Source: Chiloscyllium plagiosum (Eukaryota). From it: 64,000 nt of DNA. Positions 37,771 through 50,642 of this stretch are shown piece after piece; position 1 is the stretch's first letter, and each line of letters opens with the position of its first letter. The notes under the pieces were generated by a model. It made no database searches and was not told the origin of the DNA. It saw only the letters and a program-made list of their open reading frames with translations. Made by a program: the position numbers and the translations under genes. The DNA is taken from contig NC_057724.1 in assembly GCF_004010195.1 (NCBI RefSeq), forward strand, positions 54,564,490 to 54,628,489. The letters run 5' to 3'.

Positions 37771-39119
37771 GTTAGTTGGCCCCTAATACTGTAAGTGGTT
37801 GCCCAAAGGAATGCCTTAGTTTATGAAGGAACCAAATACCGAAGAAGTTTGTATTCACCAGAGCATGGAGGATGCCATCCAGCCCCTTAGCTACATGCTT
37901 CACACATAGAGTCGGGTTTGTAAACAAATTTGTGTCTTCTTCTTGGTTATCAAGATTGTGACCTTGAATGTAATTCCAGCAGGCTGGAGTGTAATTTATT
38001 ATTATTATGATGCTACTGAGTGCAAAAGAGTTTCCCAGCATCAAGATTGGGAAAGCCAACCAACCTGACAGTTTCAGAAAAATTAATACCTAAATTTAAG
38101 TCTGTCATTGGGAAACTGAATGTCTCCTTTCCACACAATTAAGCTCCTCTATCCATTTGTCTAAAAACTCTTTATGAGTGTAGAAAATTCTGCCCTCTGA
38201 ATTTCAGACTGTAATCAGTTATACTTTTCCATTTACTCTTCCTTTCACCTTTAGGAGATTCCCAGAAGATTCTGCCCATCTTTTCAATTCACGATTGGGC
38301 CCCTTATAACTTAACCTTTCCTCATATTTACCTGGTCAATCATAATTTTATCTGTTTCACACATACAAATAAAGAGAACTAATATATATTGTCTGTAAAA
38401 AGCTAGGAACTAATTAACCAGGAACGAGTCACTAAATAGAAATGTTCCTGGGCACCATATAGGTGGCTGCCCTGACGAGTTAAATGACATGTAACAGGAC
38501 ATCGGCCTCAGGCAGTGTTCTTACAAGACAGCATGACAAACTGCATTAAACACAAATGACTCTCACCTTTTTAAACTGAGTTTGATTATTTCTTCTTTAT
38601 AGGAACCAGAAGATATAATATGGTGGCAGCAAATGCCTACCAGTAAACCTAAAACATTAAAAATGAATTTAATGTTTATTGGGAAAATCAATATAGGTTA
38701 GTGCCAGAGAGAGACAGGAATGAAAAAACTGAGTGCTTTGTGCAAAAATAAGGAAATACAATATTGACTGGCACAACAATGAACACAAAACAGCACATAA
38801 TGAATTGGGAATCTTGTGATAGCATAGAGGCATTGGAGAAATTTCAACATAAGTAAGTAGTTCAGTAAATTCAATTGTTTCCAAAAGTCGCTAGTATTGG
38901 AGAAAGGGTCAGCTAGATCATGAAATAATACCACAGTTTGTTCCTTCTACCTTTTTAATGCACTGAACTGCTAATCCCTATTTCTGTACTGTAAGTTTTG
39001 CATAATTAATTACAATTGCATATAAATAAAAACACCTTCAAACTCTTTGACGTCACTGCCACAAAACCACAAAATCTAGCTTTAAAGAAAAATCTAAAGC
39101 TAGATCTCCCCTTCTTAAT

Positions 39120-39341
39120 ACTGTGTAGAGTTTGCACATTCTCCTTGCGATCTGTGTGGTTTTCTTCTGGGTGCTCTGGTTTCCTCCCACAGTCCAAAGG
39201 TGTGCAGGTTAGGTGGATTGGCCATGGGAAAAATGTAGGGGTGGAGGGTGTGGGTCTGAGTGGGATGCTCTTTGAAGGGTTGGTGTAGACTTAATTGGCC
39301 AAATGCCCTGCTTCCGCACTGTAGGATTCTATTCTATTCTA
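39120..39341 (+). mobile_element. HE1-like V-SINE, 5'-truncated
   Basis: V-domain and (ATTCT)n tail. Confidence 0.9.
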
Positions 39342-39344
39342 TCA

Positions 39345-39895
39345 AACACTAAATATAAATTGTCATTTGATAATACAGAATTTGAGTATAGCTGAGAAAG
39401 GATACACTTTGTTGAAGCATTTTGTTTTTGCATCATCAGGACAATTTGAAAAAATATAAATTTAAGGCGAAATCCAACATTTATACTGTATGAGAGAAGA
39501 ATACTGATTGATTGGCAAGTAAATTCTGATTGACAGAGGCATTGACTGGAGAACACATCAAGGAATGTCAGTCTGGCTCACAGGTTGGTGCATTTCCATG
39601 TTCTGGAAGCTACATGTATGTTAATGCTTTAGGCCCCACTCTTTACAAACAGAAATACACTGTACCTGCTTCAACTCAACAAAATAGGTGACAGCCATCA
39701 CTGTTTCATTTCTCATTCGCCAGACAATGCCTATATCCATCAGAATCCACTTCAAACTAATCAGCACTCTCCCCTCATACAGTATAAATATTATCTGACC
39801 CTTAAATTGGTATTCTTGTGAATTGTTCTGATGAGCAGCAGACGAATACCTTCAGCAAGATGTGTCTTTTTTCAGCAATGCTAAAATAGAAGTCA
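39345..39895. mobile_element. Old Penelope-like element (family C) with inverted terminal repeats around an ORF 3' end
   Basis: 39385-39552 is an inverted homolog of 39717-39895; the middle reads HFHVLEAT; CTGATGA cores at 39828 (+) and ~39433-39439 (-). Confidence 0.65.
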
Positions 39896-40534
39896 AACTT
39901 ATTATTGTATTTATTGTTCCTAACAACACAAAAAATAGAATAAAAGTGGAAAATGAAACCCAACAAGTGGCAGGATATATACACTTCTATGTGTCAAATC
40001 AGAGGATAGCTTTAATCTAATTCTCATATCACAATAATTTCTCATTATGAGGATTATTCAGATTTGACATTTGCCATTGCAATTTGGCATCATATATTCT
40101 TTGATTTCTTGGGGCTTTGTGAGGCTTTCTATTTCCCCAAATGCTTTTCAAAACATTGCGAATATTCAAGCTACCACTTGACAAACAGCATCAATGTTAA
40201 ATGTCAATAAAGGCCTCAACAAAGTACATCACATTATTTAAAATTCCAACAATGCACATTTTCAGATGACTTATTGAACTTCAAAATATCTTAAAAGGAT
40301 TTTATTTTCACATTTATTTTTGTAGAAAGTGTGACTATTAATATTAAAATGCTAACTCAATTAGCCTAGCCAAACATCAGGGTAGAAATTATGCAATGAA
40401 ATACTAAGCTGTAATTTAGAAGGGAAATCTTTTTAAAAATTAGTCTTTGTTTTTGGTTTGACATGAGAGTGAGGTCCCAACTTCTCCCAAAAGAATAATT
40501 ACCACCTCTATATTCCCTACTTACTTCACTTCAA

Positions 40535-41545
40535 ATCATAGAAGAACTATAAAATCATACTATTTTACAGTATAGAAAGAGGCCATTAAACCTATCACTG
40601 ATTAGATTACTTACAGTGTGGAAACAGGCCCTTCGGCCCAACAAGTCCACACCGACCCGCCGAAGCGCAACCCACCCATACCCCTACATTTACCCCTTTA
40701 ACCTAACACTACGGGCAATTTAGCATGGCCAATTCACCTGACCCCATCTTTGGACTGTGGGAGGAAGCCGGAGCACCCGGAGGAAACCCACGCAGACACG
40801 GGGAGAATGTGCAAACTCCACACAGTCAGTCGCCTGAGTCGGGAATTGAACCCGGGTCTCTGGCGCTGTGAGGCAGCAGTGCTAACCACTGTGCCACCGT
40901 GCCGCCGCTCCACCTCCAGCTCCAGAAAGAGCTACCCAACTAGTCCCATTCTCCACATATCTCCATATCCCTCTAAATTAATCACTTTCAAATACATATT
41001 CAGCTCTCCTTAGAAACTTACTAAGGAATCTACTCTCACAGGCAATGTGTTCCAAATCTTAACAACTCTCTGAGTAAAGAGGTTTCTCCCCATCTCATTC
41101 CCAACTATCTTGCTGACAACCTTAAAATTGTGACTCCTAGTTATTGACATACCAACTAGTGGAAACAGAATATCCTTCTTTACCCTGTCAAAATTGTTCA
41201 TATTTTTGAACACTTCAATGAGGGCACCTTCTCTGCTCCAAAGAAAATAAGCCCAGTTTCCTTAATCTTTCCTTGTATCTAAATTCCTTATTCTTGGTAT
41301 GTAAATTAAGTTTCCTTTGCACTCTCTCCAAGGTTTTACCATCCTTCTTTGAATAAGGTGCCCAAAACTGAACACAATATTACAAATGTGGTCTGACCAA
41401 TGATTTGTTGAGGTAAACACCACTTCCTTGCTTTTATAGTCAATGCCTCAATTTATTAATGCCTCTGACTAATTTTTCCAGGAGCCATCTTAACAGCTCT
41501 TTCAACTTGCCTGGCAACCTTCAGTGAATTATTCACCTTTACCTT
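40535..41545 (-). mobile_element. CR1 3' end with nested HE1 SINE
   Basis: ORF 41010-41213 LFTQRVVKIWNTLP. Confidence 0.85.
40601..40906 (-). mobile_element. HE1-like V-SINE, full length, young
   Basis: Near-identical to 11486-11798, CpG-rich. Confidence 0.95.
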
Positions 41546-41794
41546 TGGAGATTTTTTTTTTATTTTGGGACCTTTGACAATCAAGTACTATGTCTGTCCC
41601 CTGTATGATGATACCCCATTCACTGAAATATTTTGAACATGGCTTCTATCTTCTCTCTGAATCTGTTTTTGGCAATTATCAATATATATTACTATTCTCT
41701 CTGTTAAGCACCTGGAATGTCTTTTGACTTACTGTTGCTATATGAGCACAATTTGTTCTTTAGGGGAGTTTATTTTTTATGACATACCAACATA

Positions 41795-42250
41795 CATCTG
41801 AAATAGGAGCAGGAATAAACTGCTCAACCCCTTGTCCTGATCCACCGTTCAATAACCATAGCTGATCTGATTATTTTACATTCCTGCCTACATTACTAAC
41901 CTTTCAACTCCTTGTCTATCAAGGGTGCACCTACCTCTGCCTTAAAATATTCAAGGATTGCACTTCCACCATCTTCTCAGGAAGAAAGTTCCAGAGACTT
42001 GACAGTCTGTAAGAAGAAAAATCTCCTTATCTCTGCCTTAAGTGAGTGATCCCCGGTTCTAAATTCTCTGATAAGATGAAATATCCTTTCCATCTGCTCT
42101 CTGTCAAGACCCTTTAGGAAGTTTTCTGTTTCAATCAAGTTACCTCTTACTCTTCTGAACTCCATAGGATACATCATTGCTTGACTAAACATTACTCATA
42201 AGACAACATGACCATCCCAGGTATTAGTTTCATAAACCTCTGGACAGCTT
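41795..42250 (-). mobile_element. CR1 3' end
   Basis: ORF 41977-42192 EFRRVRGNLIET..LKGLDR. Confidence 0.8.
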
Positions 42251-42699
42251 TCATTTTGTACTTACATCCTACTATTAGATGTTATGTGTTAAACAAATTA
42301 AGTCTTCCATTGAAATAATGGCTAAAATAATGTTATTAATGCATTACGATTTGAATTGTTAATATCTCTAGACTTAAATAACCTAATAACATGTTTTTTT
42401 AAAATCTGCCAATACATTAAGTGTGTTAGTTAAAGGCATTTCGTTCTTCTCTATGTACTTGATCATTCCAGCGTTGTTCACGGACAAACATGCAAGTTGT
42501 CATTGCAGTCTATGGTAATAGAATTTCCTACTGTGTAAAACATTGTTTCAAAGGGTATTTTTTTGCTCACTAGATGGCTACATTAAGGCCTTCCATAGCC
42601 GCTCAGCTCAAGATTTCTAAGTTGAAAGAAGTTATCTACAAATGTGTTTGACTACCCCCACTTCAGCAGTTTTTTGAACCCTTTGGAGGCACCTGTAAG

Positions 42700-44583
42700 G
42701 CACCCTTCCAATAGATTACATCTTAGCATGTTTTGCAATTTGCATCTGTTCAAGCACTACATGACTACTTCAGAAAGCAATGACTGCATTAAAATGTTGT
42801 GTAAGGGTTTTAAAACCCTGGTGTCAGCTTCCAATTATGTCATGCAGCTACTGCCCACTGGGCATAAATAGCACAATGTGGACAGAGTTAGATAGATAGA
42901 AAATAGAGTTGTAGAGAGAAGCACAAAATAGTCTTAACAATGTAACGATAAGGATAAACTTGTATATTTCAGATTACCATGTATAGTCATGTTTAGTATT
43001 AATAACTAATAAGCAGATTTCTTAAAAAAAAAAGCTAAGCCTGAAGATTTTTCCTAACCTTCCATTTCTTTGAATAGTATGCCCTGAACACAAACTCTTA
43101 GATTTGGGCATGACAAAAGATGATGAGAGTGGTGGGATGCAATAGCTAAAGAATTATGGCAATAGTGAAGATCATCAGATAGAAATGAAACCTGCAGAAG
43201 AAAATAACTCAAAAATTAATTTGTCCAAACAACCATCAGGACAGCTGTAAGAACAGCTAGCACCTAGAAGAACCACAAAGCTGAACAGCTGCTGTGAAAG
43301 AAAAATCTCTGAACAGAAAGCTCCTGCAGAGAAACCCTTACAGTTACCATTAAAAGTTCTTTCTAGCCAGTAATAGGAGAAATCAGCTTTTACAGGGAAA
43401 GAAAAAGCAATGACTTTAGTAAAAGCCCAATTGTAACAAAAGGGATTAAACTAGATCAAGCACCCATGAATAATAGCTGATAGCCAAGACAATAAGCAAA
43501 TTCAGTCCTTTAAAGGAAAAAATCCAAAAGGCTATGTTGAGGAGCACAGTTAAACCTTCTGGTAGTAATTTAGCAGCTTTAGATTGATCTCTCAATGGCA
43601 AATTTATCAACAAAGATAAGACTTTCAGAAAAAGGTTTGAAAAAACAGGAGGGAGAACTGTTGTTTGGAATTTGAACCTACAGGGCCCTAAGTGAAGTTA
43701 AGTAAACCTTTATTTATTATGATTCTTTGAGTGAGAAATGCAAGAACTATTATGTAGCTAAACTGTTTTATCAATTTTAATTGTTAAAAAATGGCATTGG
43801 AGACAAAGAAAAAGGGCACAAATTTAATCACATAATGTCAAATGCAGTGCAAAAATAACTGATGCAGAAAAAAGGAAGCACAAAGGACATCATGGCAGCC
43901 ATCTTTGGTACAGTCAAAACTAATCGATGAATCTTATGGATTGAAGTCATTGAAAGTAAGTTTCTACCCGAAGATCTTTTGGAACCTTTTCAGCCATTTT
44001 GGTAAAGGAGTCAAGCAATGATCTGCAGATACTAAAGATCTGAAACAAACAAAAACAGGCAATTCTGGAGAAAGTCCATAGGTCTGTCAGGGTCTATGAA
44101 TAGAAAACAGAGTTCATGTTTCGAGCTCAGTGGCCTTTCTTCAGAACTTTTGAACTTTTAAGTGCAAGACCTGAAGTGGGTGAGCGATAAATTAAAAATG
44201 TACAGTAAATGTAAAAATAAATAATCAAGTAAGTAATTTGAGAATGTATGTGAACTATAATCAATGATTACAATACAATTACTTTTGGAGAATGTTATAG
44301 TGTGAGGGACATTGGATGAACCTTGCGATGGTGATATAAAGCTGTTCCTACAGTGCATAAATTGCACTCTGTGGGCAGAGTTAGTTGGATAGATAAAAAG
44401 TAGCCTTGAAAAGAGAAGAGCATGTAGAGAATGCCTTAATAAAGCAACAGGCTGGTATGCCTCAGATCACCATGTATAGTTGTATTTATTAATAATATAC
44501 ACTGAACAGCAAACTGAAAGAGCGTAAGCCTAAACATGGTTCTTGATCTTCTTCTCAACCTGTTTTGAACCCAAACTCTTACA
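42700..44583 (+). mobile_element. Old internally deleted LTR retrotransposon (5' LTR to 43102, internal 43103-43658, 3' LTR 43659-44583)
   Basis: Degenerate direct repeats 42860-43102 / 44355-44583 ending TGAACACAAACTCTTAGA / TGAACCCAAACTCTTACA; TTTGG PBS-like start at 43103; polypurine tract then TGTTG at 43659. Confidence 0.65.
44020..44150 (-). mobile_element. Old Penelope-like terminal repeat (family D) with decayed hammerhead; related remnants near 16250-16335 and 44945-45068
   Basis: Minus strand AGTT-CTGAAGA-AAGGCC...AGCTC-GAAA-CATG-AACT (44111-44148). Confidence 0.55.
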
Positions 44584-45304
44584 TATAGGCATAAAGTTAC
44601 ACAACAAAAGAAAAATTCCTCAACAGTAGTGTTATCTGAGACTGTGGTCCTAAATTTACATGAAAGTTCTTTATTGAATGCTATCATCAAAGCTTTTCTT
44701 TAAAGCTTTGGCTGCATCTCCCTGCCTTCTCTAAATTCACTGTGCTGGGAATCAGATGGAACTGATTTAGTTTGTTATCTATGCTCAGTACGTTGATAGC
44801 AGGCAGAACAGCAGTGAGGTCATTATGTTTGACCTCAACTCTCCAGAAGAGGGAAAGCAAAACACAGTCAGTCTTCTCTCACTTGCTTAACACAATGATT
44901 TCCACTCATGCACATGCATATTGAATGAGGTAAGATTAGACAAAAGTGAAATACTGCGGAAATACCAGAAAATTTAAAAAACACAGAAAATGCTGGAAGT
45001 ACTCAGCAGTTCTATCAGATCTGTGAAGACAAAAATACATAACATTCTAATTCAATGACCCCTTCTTTTGATAAGATCAGAATTTGTCACAATACCCTGT
45101 AGTTATTTTTTTAAAGCAACCTATTTGGACATGTTTCAACATACCTCCTGGCAAGGTGGGAATTGAACCTGAACTTTCTGGTCTAGAGATAGGACATTAC
45201 CACTGTACCACAAGACCCCAGAATATGGTTGCAGAGGTGTGACACGAGCAGCTTCTACTGCACTTGGCATTCCCAGATTGTCTCTCATCTAAGTACAAAC
45301 GTGA

Positions 45305-46205
45305 CCTGAAGAAAACAAAAGAATAAAAAAGAAGTACAGCAAAGGAAAGGGCCCTTCAGCTCTCCAACCTGTGCCAATCATCATGTCCTGACTAAACTAA
45401 AAAAAACCTTCTGCACTTATTTGGTCCATATCCCTCTATTCCCTCCCTATTCATTTAACCATCCAGATGCCTCTCAAATGTTGCCAATACGCTGCTTTCA
45501 CTACTTCTTTTGGTAGCACGTTTCAGGCTTCTACCACTCTCTGCATGAAAAGCTTCCCTTAATCTTTCCCTCTCTCACCTTGAATTTGTGCACCCTTGTA
45601 ATTGAAACTTCAAAACTGGGAAAAGGCCTCTGGCTATCCACCCTATCCATACCTATCTTAATTTTGTAGACCTCTATCAGGTCGCCTTTCAGCCACTGTC
45701 TTTTCAGCAAAAGCAATCCTAGTCTTATTAACCTTTCCTCATAGCCAGTGCTCTTGAGACCAGGCAACATGCTGGTGAACTTTCTCTGCACTCTCTCCAA
45801 AGTTTCCACATCCTTCTAGTAGTGTGGCAATCAAAACTGCATGCAATATTCCAAATGCTGCCTAACAAAGGTTTTATATAGCTACAGCATGGTTTGCCAA
45901 CTCTTTTACTCCATGCCCCAGCCGATGAAGGCAAGCATGCCAAATGCCTTCTTAATCATTTTGTACATCTGTCTTGTCACTTGTAGGAAATTGTGGACCT
46001 GCTCACCGAGATCCATCTGTCTGTTAATATTTCTAAAGATTCTGTCATTTACAGTATAATTCACTCCTAAATTTGATCCTTCAAAATGCATCACTTCACA
46101 TTTGTCTGGACTAAACACAATCTGTCATCATTGTGTCCAAGTCACCAATCTATCTATATCCTGTAGTATCCTTTCGTATTTGTTGGCACAATCAGCAACT
46201 CCACC
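45305..46205 (-). mobile_element. CR1 3' end
   Basis: ORFs 45531-45809 and 45906-46118 (DKCEVMHF; LERVQRKFTSMLPGL). Confidence 0.9.
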
Positions 46206-46532
46206 AACCTGAGTCTGCTTCACTTCTGAAACCAGATGAGATCAGGCTTTTATCATTTGGCCATGATTCCCTCTCTACCATAAAGCTTAATGTCCACTCC
46301 TTCACCACCAGGTTGCAATATCTATAGGATATACAACGACAATTGCCAAGCTTACGTTAAGAGCAGCTCACTGTAACCACTATCACAAATAAGGACAAGA
46401 GCAGAAATTTCAAAGGAACACTATCAGTCCAAATCTCCACTCCAGTCAAGTTGCATCCTAATTTGGGCTTATGACATCATTACTGCTTCAAAATTCAGGG
46501 ATAACCTGCCTAACACAATCAAGAGTGCACTG

Positions 46533-47097
46533 TTACGTTGTACAGGACATTGCTGAGGCCTCTTCTGGAGTACTGTGTCCAGCTTGGGTCTCTCTGTTAT
46601 AGGAAAGATATCATTAAGCTGGAGAGAGTTCAGAACAGATTTACCAGGATGTTGCCAAGAATGGAGGGTTTGAGTTATAAGAAGAGGCTGGATAGACTGG
46701 GACCTTTTTCATTGGAGCATAAGAGGTTGCGAGGTGATCTTACAGAGGTCTATAAAATAATGAGGAGTCTAGATAAGGTGAATGGCAGATGTCTTTTCCC
46801 TAGAATGAGGGATTTCAAGACAAGGGGGATAGAGAGGACAAAGTTTTAAAAAAGACATGAGGGACAATGTTTTCACTCAGAGAGTGGTTTGTACCTATGT
46901 GGAATGAACTTCCAGAGAAAATGGTGGATGCGGACAATGTTTAAAAGACACTTCGCTAAGTTAATGAATAAGAAGTAGGAAGGATATGAGCCAAGAGCAG
47001 GCAGGTGGGATTAGTTTAGTTTACAATTATGGTCAGCATAGACTGATGGGAACAAAGAGTCTGTTTCCATGCTGTATTTATTCTATGATTCTATGTT
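46533..47097 (+). mobile_element. CR1 3' end
   Basis: ORF 46538-46849 YRTLLRPLLEYCVQ...RLRGDLTEVYKIM; (TTCTATG)n tail. Confidence 0.95.
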
Positions 47098-50000
47098 CCT
47101 GTGAGTACTGCAACTATTTGAGAAAAATTTCCATTACTGCATGCCATCAGGATAACTAGAAAAGATCAATAAATGCAACATTTGCCAGCATTGCCCACAC
47201 AGTCTGAGGACAAAGAGAAAATATAATCACTTGGTTTTTGAAGTGTTTATGTCAAAACATTTCATTGAACAGAAATATATAGAAATATCTGATATTAGGT
47301 AAATTGTAAAATAGTACTGTTAATCCACCAAAATCTGCAAAAAAATGTCTAAGGGCATGTATTCTTGTTCGACTGATGTCATGATTATTTCCTTCTATGA
47401 GGAGAGGCTGCTAATAATATACAGTACTTGTGATGAATTAGAATTCTGAGGTTGCATTCCTGCCACTTCTTGTTAACCCTGTAGATATTCAAAGCCTTCC
47501 TTCGAGCACTGCTGTCATCTTGGTGGGGTAGGGGGGAGGGAGAAAGAATTACAAACCTATCTCTTTTTAACCTGGAGGCTGTCTGTGTGAGATGCCTTTA
47601 AACATGCATGAAAAGATTGTAAGGCCAGTCGACTTCACCAGAATGACAAGCATGATATAATCCTGACTTGAAAATAATGCTTGCTGGATATAGCATCACT
47701 GCAGGGAATGGGGCTTCTTGGCATGCTGTTGGAAACCGTTGGATGCTGCAGCACGAGAGTAAGATAATAGCACAAATCATTCCAATTCTTTGTATTTCTC
47801 ACTCATCTGACAGAAAACTGGCACTAAGCATTGAAATCAAGATTTACATTGACTACAAAATATATATTCCAATGTTATAAGTATAAATATATTTAATATA
47901 ATGGAGAAACCTAAATTACGTATAACATTGCAGAGTGGACCACCTCATTGAGAATATAATGAGAAACTAAATATGCATTCCTTCTCCCGTATACTTGAAG
48001 CAAAGGCTTTCACAACTGTTTAAGATTCAAAATATTTCATACAGTGAGTCCCAGAGGCCCTTCTTCTGTTATTTTGGGAATGAACTTGGCCTCAAGCATC
48101 ATGTCATCCCATCAAAGGCAATTTCTTAAGGAAAGATCACTTCTGGTTAACACATAAATTTTAGAAAGAGAGTGCTACTGAGCAAGGCAGATGGCTCCAT
48201 ACTTTTGGCAATGAGTGTTTTTAATATGTTCCAATGGATATTTGAAGCATTATCTATTCCACCAATTGTTAAAGTTGTGATATAACTGTAAGTTGATGTT
48301 GTAGTGCAGATTTCTGAGAAGGTTCTTCACTCTAATGAACAAGCAACTTATTACCCAATACTTACTTGAAACACAGAACATTAGTAACTTGTATTTCTAT
48401 AACACTTTTAATATAATAAAACATCTTTGAAGTACACAATATAAAGCAAAATTGGGGTATTTAGTCAAAAGCTTAAACAAAGATAGTAATTTTGCGAAGG
48501 GTCTTAAAAAAGGAGAGAGGCCAAGTGGTTTAGTGTTATAGAGTCATACAGCATGGAAACAGACCTCTCAATCTAACCAGTCCAACCAGTCCATGCTGAT
48601 CATAATCCCAAACTAAACTAGTCCCACCTGCCTATGCTTGGTCCATATCCTTCCAAACATTTTTTATTCACAAACTTATCGAAACATCTTTTAAACATAT
48701 ACTATATACAAATGCATTTCCCTGATTTCCTTGTTTCATGATTGCAAGATCATTTTTGTTTATTACAATATCTAGAATGTTGTTATGACTGAAATGTATT
48801 TCAAACATCCTACAATCACATTGGTGATTGTTGATGTCTGCTGATATAACTCTCAGTCGTCATTTATAAGTTTTTCAAGTTATCTAAAATACATCACCAA
48901 TACAAAAAATATTATTTGTGACTAAAACTGTGATAATTCTAACTTGACCTTCTTTTTTTCAGTTGCTGTATTTTGGATTTTGTCCTCATTATCTCTAAAG
49001 TATTCAGTTCCTTTAATGACATGCATATGAATTATTGTTGGTTGATTGTTATGTTTTATATGAGTATCACTGGTTAGGATAGCATTTGTTGCCCATCCAT
49101 AACTGTCCAGGAACTATATGGCTTGCAAGATCATTTCAGACGCCATGTAATAGACCCAATGTAATGGGTCTGAAGTCACATGGAGGTTAGACTAGGTAAG
49201 GATGGTAGTTTTTCTTCCCTAAAGGACATTCAGAGAGGTCAATAGTGCATGTCTAAATGCACAATGGTCTTTTAAAAATGTCACCAGCACCAGGATTCCA
49301 GTCAATTCCATAATCTCTAATGAGTTGTGAATTGTTTCAGGAATGGCATATGGTGGGTGGAAATACGACTTCGCTGAAAGGCTTCAAACAGCAATCAAAG
49401 TGGTGAATTTGGTAAGGGTGTGGTGAGACAATGTGTTTGACCTCAGCGTGAAAATCACTCCACCAAACCTGACACGATTTGCACAGAGTGAAAAATTGGT
49501 AAGATTACACCTCCTGTCTCTCCCAAACAGGTATTGATTAAAATGCTTACAAGCAAAGACAATAGCCAGGCACTGTTTCTTACTCTTATCACCAGTTAGT
49601 TTGCATTAGCACACTGTGTGCAATGTAACTGATTGTCCTTGCTGCTTCAGGATTTTGACAGATCCTACCTCACTCACATCTCACTGCAAGAAGATTGCAT
49701 CATTACCTCAGGACAGGCATTATCATCCCTAGCTGGGTGATTCAAGGAAAAGCTTCTTCTTAACATCAAGTATGCTTCAATCTTTGATCTTCCTATTATA
49801 TTGGACTCTCAGCTTCATCTATCCTCTTGGGATGAGTATCATTCTATCAATGTTATCCTTGAAAGCTTAATTTTCTTGTTACCATCATAAGCCAGTTCAC
49901 ATAGGTCTGTGAATCTCATTACGGTCATGAAGCACCAGTATTTATCTAACACTTCACACACACTTGATGCACTCCTTTTGTAGTCATCATTCTAACAGTC

Positions 50001-50350
50001 ACAAACTACTTTTCACCTTTAGATTGACGATGTGAATCTATCATATGGTGTAGAATGATTCATCAGAATATTTAGCTGACATTTCTCCAGCAACCAGCTT
50101 TATAGGCTTGTTTTACTCATTGCTAGTTAAACATTTGCATTCAAAGTATTTTGGCTTCTTTCACTAAGAGTATTGGTTTCTCCCACACTAGATTTGTTTT
50201 TTTTAATTTCTGCAATAGTTATATTCTGTATTCTGGCCTTGTTCTTTCTGCTGGTCCTTATGCAAATACGTTTTCCTTTTTTTTCAAATATGCTGTCTCA
50301 TTCAGTCTGGAATGCCAATCAACATAATGCAGGGCCTCATTTATTCTTCC

Positions 50351-50642
50351 ATTAGATTACCTACAGTGTGGAAACAGGCCCTTCAGCTCAACAAGTCCAC
50401 ACCAACCCTCCAAAGAGTAACCCACCCAGACCCATTTCCCTCTGAATGATACACCTAACCCTATGGGCAACTTAGCATGGCCAATTCACCTGCCCTGCAC
50501 ATCTTTGGACTGTGGGAGGAAACCCACACAGACACAAGGAGAATGTGCAAATTCCACACAGACAGTCACCCAAGGCTGGAATTGAGCCGAGGACCCTGGT
50601 GCTGTGAGGTGGCAGTGCTAACCACTGAGCCACCGTGCTGTC
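50351..50642 (-). mobile_element. HE1-like V-SINE
   Basis: Head, V-domain and tail on - strand; near inverted homolog of 59650-59950. Confidence 0.9.

Noticed and set aside
38603-38642. Short exon candidate after TTTCTTCTTTATAG (EPEDIIWWQQMP)
   Set aside because: Good acceptor but weak donor and no recognisable protein
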